A stretch of 63,986 nucleotides of DNA, filler included, from Stramenopiles sp. TOSAG23-6 (lineage: Eukaryota): the NCBI GenBank assembly GCA_900128565.1. It is 6 parts of 6 records of this genome, joined end to end, with 100 filler letters (N's around TTAATTAATTAA, not from the genome) between each part and the next. Parts side by side here need not be neighbours in the genome. Positions count along the whole stretch, not along the records: positions 53,534 to 63,986 come from LT636310.1; 5 more parts are not named here. One strand, written 5' to 3'. Shown piece by piece: positions 57,411 to 63,986 of this stretch. The translations under genes were made by a program, and so were the position numbers. The stretch's first letter is position 1; the number at the start of each line of letters is the position of its first letter. Under the pieces are notes generated by a model. It did no database searches, was not told where the DNA came from, and was given only the letters and a program-made list of their open reading frames with translations.

Positions 57411-60400
57411 ATGAAAAGTGTAAATGTTGCAAATAAGTATGAGGATTTCATGAATAGCGTAAGTATCCCCCCAAATGAGGATTTCCCGCGTCTGTACATC
57501 AATCAAGAAATTCTTATTTTCCATCATGGAAATAAATCGTGGGGCCCTGCTACTATTATACAAATTAAAAAAGACGAAGCGGAGTGTTCGTACGAAAAAC
57601 ATACAATACATCACCCGCATAAGTTGAAAAAGAGATGGATACGATTCAGAGATATAAATAAAACCTGGAAGCTTCATGACGACCAGCCTAGTGACGAGTA
57701 TCAAGATGATGAAATAAAAGGCAACAAAAAAACAGCTTCAATTAGTATTATAAGAAAGACTACCCGATTAACAACTACGATACCTTCAAATACAACAAGT
57801 GAAGACTTCGATCAGTATAAGAAAAGGTTAACACGCCATGTAAAAAGGAAGATATCGCCAAGTTTTACACCACTTGCGACGAAGAAAGTTGATAATGCTA
57901 AAGTCCAAAAGGTTCAAAAGCAAATGAACTTAAAATCAACATTTGTAAAGTCAGTAAATGTTTCAAAAAGGCATCACCATCACCATCATCAATCGCCCAA
58001 AAAAGATGTTTTACATGTAAATACATTGAATGTTTTGCCAAATGATACAATTGAGAAAACATCGAAACATATAGTATCTAAATATTGGAAAGAAGGGGTT
58101 TGTCCTGCAACTGGTAGACAGTATTGGTACAACACAGTCACAGATGAAAGTACATATGAAGATCCTACTTCGGGAGGTATGATAATTGAAAAACATACAA
58201 GTAATACATTTAATATTAACAAGTCGGTAAAGATTATTGATGAAAATACATCTGTACAGCAACATTCAGAAACGCAAAAGCAATTACAGCTTCAATTATT
58301 ACAGTTACAACAACAACATGAGCTGGAAAGAACGCAATTGAAACGATCACAAAACAAAAAAGTACAACTAGAAAAACCACAACAAGAGCAACTACTAGAA
58401 ATAAAAAGTACTGTCCATGAAAACAATCCTACTACTACTACTACTACTACTACAACTATTACTACAAATCCTGCAAATAATACTACTTCAATGACGATTC
58501 CTTCAACTACTACAAAAAATGACAATGAAAAACCGACATTTGCAGGAGGAATTCCAACAGATTATATTCAAAAAATATTTCTTTATTTAGATAAAGATAA
58601 TGATGGTTATTTACTGAAATCTGAAGTAGGTCAACTGATGAAGGCTTTAGGCGAACGATTTCCAATAAATACTATACTTAAAAGCGAACTTGACCACATG
58701 TATGTTTTACTTTTTTTCAAATTCGATTTTTTTTTCGTACGAAATGTTGTACCTAACAAATTTAAGGGTTTTTTTTTTCAAATATTTTTCCAAAATACAT
58801 TCTAGGTCATAGGATTGAAACCGCCTTTTCCTCATTATTCGAAGGAAAATCACTCTCGAGTGGTTTTAAAGAAATGGACAGATCCCATATTGGAAAAGTA
58901 TCATTTGAAGATATCATTTGGTGGCACCGAATTCATTCCCCAAAATCTGAATCTGATTATCTTTTAAAAATTCGATATTACTTTCAAAAAATTGATGTTG
59001 ACTGCAAAGGAAGTTTAAATAAAAAAGGTATCGGAAAGTTGGCAAAAAAAGTGGGTGTTGGTTTTGGCAATACTCGATTCGGATTCAAAAATAAAAAATT
59101 GGATGCTGCATTCACTACAATGAGTAGACATTCAACTACTAAATTTACTACTAAGATGGAAAACGGAAAATATCTACAAGAAGTGACATGCGAAGCATTC
59201 ATTGATTGGATGAAAACACTTCACAAAGATATCTTTGAAAAATTTGAGCAAAATAATTCTACAACTAAGAATATGGATACACTTGGCGATAGTAGTGAAA
59301 CCGGTAACTTTGAAAAGGTTATCGGTAATGAGAAACAAAATTTCAACGGTATGAAACCAGAAAAAACAGAAATGAAACCAGAAAAAACAGAAATGTCTCT
59401 ACAAGAAAACGAAATCAAGCACAGAAAAAAACACAGGGAAAAGATAGAAAAAAAACAGAGCCAAAACCACCACCAACAACATTTGATAGAAGAACAAGAA
59501 AAAATTAAAGCGATTGCAAAAGAAGTAATAAAAACACAAGAAATGCATGAGGCTAAATTACACAAAGAACACGCTGATGTAGTAAAACAAATACATAATG
59601 ATGCTTTACGCCAAAAATCCTTTTTTCACGGAGAAGAAGCAAAGATAGCACAAGCAATCCAGAAGGCACAAACAGATATGATGATTCAATCAAAGCACTC
59701 AGAATTAGCAAAACATGTTGAAAAGGCAGCTTTAAGACAAGAGTTGAGTGACTCAAAGCAAGAACTCCACAATGCTGTACTGAAGCAACAAATAGAAGAT
59801 GTGGGACTTAAGTTGAATGAATTGGTTGTTCAGAATAAGAAGCTAGTTCAACGGAATGATGATTTAAAAGAAGAGAAATACAAAGACGTACTTGAATACA
59901 AAAATGCTTTATCATACAATGTTATTACAGCTTGCGAACAAGACACAATCGGAGTAGATGATTTCGTATTGAGTATTACTAATCCTACAACAAACAAAAA
60001 TATAAATCTAAACACTAAAGAAACACATACAAATGCAGATATGAAAGATATTTGCGAAGTATTAATTGATAAAGAAGAACAAATTGAAAATCTTCGAAGG
60101 GAGACTGTTGAAAAAGTAATGAAAGAGCACAAAGAACGAGAGAAGGATGAAAAAAACAAAGAAGGTTCTTCTTTTGAAGAACTAGACCTTATTTTGTCCC
60201 AAATAGATGACGCAGTCCAAAACTCAAGGAATCTTCTCCGTGCTTCTACTAAACAAAAAATTGATCGCATGACGAAGAGCGTTACTGACAATGAGAGTAA
60301 AACAAACAATCTTTTTGTTAACACAAACTTTGATTCTCAATTTGATACTGTGCATACTAATATAAGTCCTGAAGCAAATGCGAGAATACAGGTATGGGCA

Positions 60401-61995
60401 TCCTCTTTGCCATTGTCGACAAGCACAAATACAACAACAAATAATTCATTCTACGGCTATTCTACTACAAATGATGCTATTTCTAGTACTATTACACAAA
60501 AACAACACAGAAAGGAAAGAGATTTACAAAACTGGGTATCAGGGCTTTCTTCATACCCAATACCCCCCGATGCATTACCGAGAGATAGGATATCATTTAA
60601 CCAATCATGTGTGCCACCTCGCCCATCTCAAACACCGCCATCTTGCACGGATAATTTGGAACGTGCACTTGGTGAGACGATTAGTTTAGAAAAACAAATT
60701 TTAGAGTCAAATAAAAGAATAGAAGCAGACATTAAAAAATGCCGTTCCCGAGGAAACAATCAAATGGAAGAAATACCGGGTTTCGATAGTAGATATATTG
60801 CTGCACAACATATGAGACTACAATCTCTGAGAGAGCAAGCTGCGAAAGAAAAATCTTCGAAGAGACAGTATATTTCATGTAAGATTGACTGTATGAAAGA
60901 AAGATCCAAATCTGCTTCCATTGACGCTGCTATTGTCAAAGAAAATAAACGAATAAACTCTCAATTACAGAAGAAAATCGATGATTTGGTCTTTATTCAA
61001 AGAGAATTGGGGACAACATCTAGCATTCAATTGGAAGAGAAAATTGAGAGTATGCGCTTAGAAGCTGAAAGAGCTGAAAAGGAAGCTAAAGAAATNAGAG
61101 AGAAAGAATTGGAACTACAAAAAGAGCGTGAGATGTCTGTAAGAAATACTTTGGAGATTCGCACACCACCAATGAATTCAGATAGAATGAAAGATATTTT
61201 ACAGGGATGGGCTGCAAATGTCAATAATCCTAGAATACTAACAAACTACTTTACAACGACACGTACTTTAGCACAGGAAAGGAGAAAAGAAAAAAAACAT
61301 TTTTTTGTATCGCCGAATAAACGTAAACAAAGAAATGTACACAAAAGTCACATAGAAACGACATCACAACATTATCAGCCACTCATAAATATGAATAATG
61401 TAAAACAAAAGATGAATAAAATTGAAGCAATAGACGCTGGTGTAGAACCATTAACACCAGATTGTATCACAACAGATTCTCCAAAGTTTAGAAATACAAT
61501 TTCTCATTATCATGACAAAAAAAATTCTTTGAGCTCTCCAAAGTTTAGAAATGCAATTTCTCATTATCGTGACAAAACAAATTCTTTGAGAGCTCTCGTC
61601 GATCTTCATATATACGTTACTATTATTTCAATTTCAATTTTTTTTTCATACAAAAGTTTGTACCTAACAAACAAAATCAAATTTTTGAAAATATTTTCTT
61701 ACAATATTTATGTCTCCATTCTATTCCAAAGAACGACTTGGATAATATTGAAGCTCAGGTTCTTAAAAATGCGTCTAATAATGACGGTACACTTGATCTA
61801 AAGACAGTTTTTACAATTTGTAAAGAAAACAATTTAAATTTGACTCGTTTTCAGAGAACGACAATTGAAAAGGTTTTTGCCGGTCAAGATAACCTGCTAA
61901 ATGCTATGAATTTATCTAACTTTATTAGAATTCCGAGTTCTGCTTTTCTTTCATGTGAAAGAGACGATGTTGCTGAGTTTAAAACAAATTTTTGA
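57411..61995 (+). CDS. Large WW + EF-hand + coiled-coil protein; exons 57411-58699, 58801-61611, 61710-61995
   Basis: WW motif YWKE...TGRQYWYNTVTDESTYEDP; EF loops DKDNDGYL, DRSHIGKVSFED, DVDCKGSL. Confidence 0.85.
58700..58800 (+). other. GT-AT intron (phase 2)
   Basis: CAC AT|GTATGTTTT...AAAATACAT|T CTA in frame with ORF 58874. Confidence 0.82.
61612..61709 (+). other. Family intron with AT-TT ends (phase 2)
   Basis: CAT AT|ATACGTT...ACAATATTT|A TGT joins in frame to ORF 61738-61995; internal GTACCTAAC motif present. Confidence 0.7.
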
Positions 61996-62148
61996 GTGAA
62001 TGCTGTATAGCATAATATAGAATTGTAGAATTAGTGGCACACTACTCCCTTTACATTGTTTTTAAAGGATTGAAATAGAAATAAAAGTAGAAGGCAAAAC
62101 ATTGTCAATTTAGTTTTATTACATGGCTGTATACACACGTAAAAAATC

Positions 62149-62586
62149 TTATATTTTTCTTTTTACCATATTTTTTAGCTCTATACCCTCGGAAGATTGA
62201 CTTTGTGTTTCGATCAATTGCTTCAAAGCTTTATGTTCTTCTTCAAGAGGTCTTTTTTGTGATTCGATAAATTGTTTCTCAGCTTTAAGTTCTTCTTCAA
62301 GTGCATGAAAAAGTCTTTTGTTTGCTTTGTGGTACGTTTTGTCCAATGAGGTTGAACTCACAATTGAAGGAGCATCCATATCAAATAAGTTAGAGATATA
62401 ATCATACTCTGCTATATCTGCTAGAGTTTTTCGCATATCGTCCTTTGCATTTGAAGCAGCAAATTTAGTTTCACGCAGCCTTTTCTCTATATAATCCGTC
62501 CCTCTCAGTGACGGATCTCCCGCAATGGCGACATATGAAATTATAACAAATATAACTATTTCATACTTTTTCTTTACGCATTTCAT
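62149..62586 (-). CDS. Small hypothetical protein with N-terminal hydrophobic segment and coiled coil
   Basis: 145-aa ATG ORF. Confidence 0.6.
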   Translation of the reverse strand: MKCVKKKYEIVIFVIISYVAIAGDPSLRGTDYIEKRLRETKFAASNAKDDMRKTLADIAEYDYISNLFDMDAPSIVSSTSLDKTYHKANKRLFHALEEELKAEKQFIESQKRPLEEEHKALKQLIETQSQSSEGIELKNMVKRKI

Positions 62587-62899
62587 TGCTATTTTGATAT
62601 GTCTCCTGATTTAGCTGCAGATAATATCTAAAATATAGAGCATCAACAGTACAATATTTGACTGAAATACCTCGCCGAGAAAAGATATTATATTGACAAT
62701 GTTGTTGTTGTTGTTGTCTTCTGGACATCAAACGATTGTGATTTGTGTCAACATCACCGATTTTGAGCAAGCTGTCAAAAAAAAAAAAGAAAAAACGAGA
62801 AAAAACTCGCGAATCAAAAATGGTCAAAACTCAAAAGCCACTATTACCTGCAGACTGCAGTAAATATATAAAAACTCTCTTTCACTCAGAAATACAAGA

Positions 62900-63413
62900 A
62901 TGAATGACTTAAGAAGTAAATTTAATCGTTTCACTGGCTTATTCGTGAAGAAGATTAATGGTTCAACAATACCATTGACTTCTCTAAACCAACCTAATGG
63001 TGCGGTTGTCGTTTTTTTCCGCCGGATGGGTTGACGTTTTTGTCGCGCTGGTATTTTGTAATCCAATACTACATAGTAATATTGTTTCAAATATTTGTTT
63101 AATTTATTCTTTTTATAATCGACATACTCTACACTTTTTTGAAGCGAGAAAACTATCAAATGACTTAAAACCTTTTCTTGACGAACGCGACGTAAGAATG
63201 ATTGGTCTTGCTGGTTCTATGTTGGACCATGAATCCTTCTTNGATGAATTTTGGAAAGGTGAATTATATATTGACGAAAAGAAAAAAAATATTTGGCCTC
63301 TTCTAGGCGCTGGAAAACAAAGTATACTCAGTGGAGCATTTTCGTGGCTTACTGGCGGTAGTGTTTCACGTGCGCTTGCTACACTAAATGAAACAGCGTC
63401 AGACATTACAGAT
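62900..63413 (+). CDS. SelU/PRXL2 (AhpC-TSA-like) selenoprotein with UxxC motif; exons 62900-63050 and 63142-63413; 3' end missing
   Basis: AVVVFFRRMG-TGA-RFCRA-EARKLS..LKPFLDERDVRMIGL..FWKGELYIDEKK; TGA at 63032-63034 occupies the first CxxC position. Confidence 0.82.
63051..63141 (+). other. Class-2 intron (GTATTTT donor), apparent GT-TG
   Basis: GCT G|GTATTTTG...ACATACTCTACACTTTTTTG|AA GCG restores CRAEARKLS spacing; AG at 63144 would delete one residue. Confidence 0.6.
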
Positions 63414-63512
63414 GTGAGTTTTATTTTTTTTCAAATTCGATTTTTTTTCGTACGAAATTTTGTACCTAACAAAACTTTTAGATTTTTTTTGAAATATTTT
63501 TCCAAAATACAT
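63414..63512 (+). other. Family intron whose flanks appear to belong to different genes
   Basis: Phase-0 donor GTGAGTTTT; acceptor AAATACAT opens a long frame only in phase 2. Confidence 0.7.
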
Positions 63513-63986
63513 GCTAATGTCTAAAGGCATGGATGTAAATGATGCAATTGCTTTAGTATCTCATTTACGCAGTATTGAAACGGATACAACAAAACCTGAT
63601 ATAAATACAACAAAACCTGGTATAAATACGATAGAAACTGATATAAATACAATAGAAACTGATATTGATGCAATAAAACTTAATACTGCAAAAAATGCAA
63701 CAGTTGAGAAACAAGAAAAAGATATTTTACTTGCTCATAAACGTCGTAAAAGTTTACTAAATCATGACTTGGCAAATATTGCAGTTTCGTTTCAAATGAA
63801 CTTTGAAGATCTGAGACAAAAGTATACTGTACATAATAAATCTAAACCAAATGGTTTTGACCATATTCCTATAGATAACAAGCCACCTCTTCATGGGGTT
63901 GAAAATAATCCATCTGAAAGTATTGGTCACTCAAATACATCTACGGGTATAACTAATTCAGTACAAATGTCTAGCAATACAAAAAG
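63513..63986 (+). CDS. Exon of an unidentified gene, open to window end
   Basis: LMSKGMDVNDAIALVSHLRSIE... no stop for 157 codons. Confidence 0.6.

Noticed and set aside
4162-58800. Reading the family introns as U12-type AT-AC introns (shift of -2)
   Set aside because: Works only where the exon ends in AT; five introns would start AA/TC/TT/TA/AG, several would not end in AC, LysRS would lose the conserved Lys of SPLAK, and the donor is not ATATCCTT

Overview
AT-rich, gene-dense eukaryotic (protist-like; lineage not determinable here) nuclear DNA. The window is six unrelated ~10.6-kb contigs joined by artificial 100-nt N/TTAATTAATTAA linkers. It carries about 30 protein genes (LysRS, Tom40-like, NhaB-like, CAF-1 p60-like WD40, ataxin-2-like, MRS2, GAF, alkaline ceramidase, PhyH, HMG-box, RAMA, GlpA-like, MINDY, ECI1, kinesin, RNR small subunit, kelch, DA1-like, FAM133-like, ankyrin, Obg, pLGIC-like, Rrp6-like, WW/EF-hand, SelU-like) and 2 tRNAs. 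Main result: most introns are non-canonical. At least 21 complete introns of ~90-230 nt start GT(A/T/G)YGTTTT and end in AT (typically AATACAT) instead of AG. They share an internal hairpin plus branch-like motif (TTCGTACGAAATTTTGTACCTAAC) and restore conserved protein motifs when removed as GT-AT. Two family members read AT-TT. A second small class (GTATTTT donor, ACATAYTSTAC 20-21 nt before a TA/TG/AG acceptor) and one ordinary GT-AG intron coexist. Contig 1 is a 4.1-kb perfect inverted duplication, probably an amplification chimera. All splice calls come from reading frame and protein-motif logic, not RNA data.
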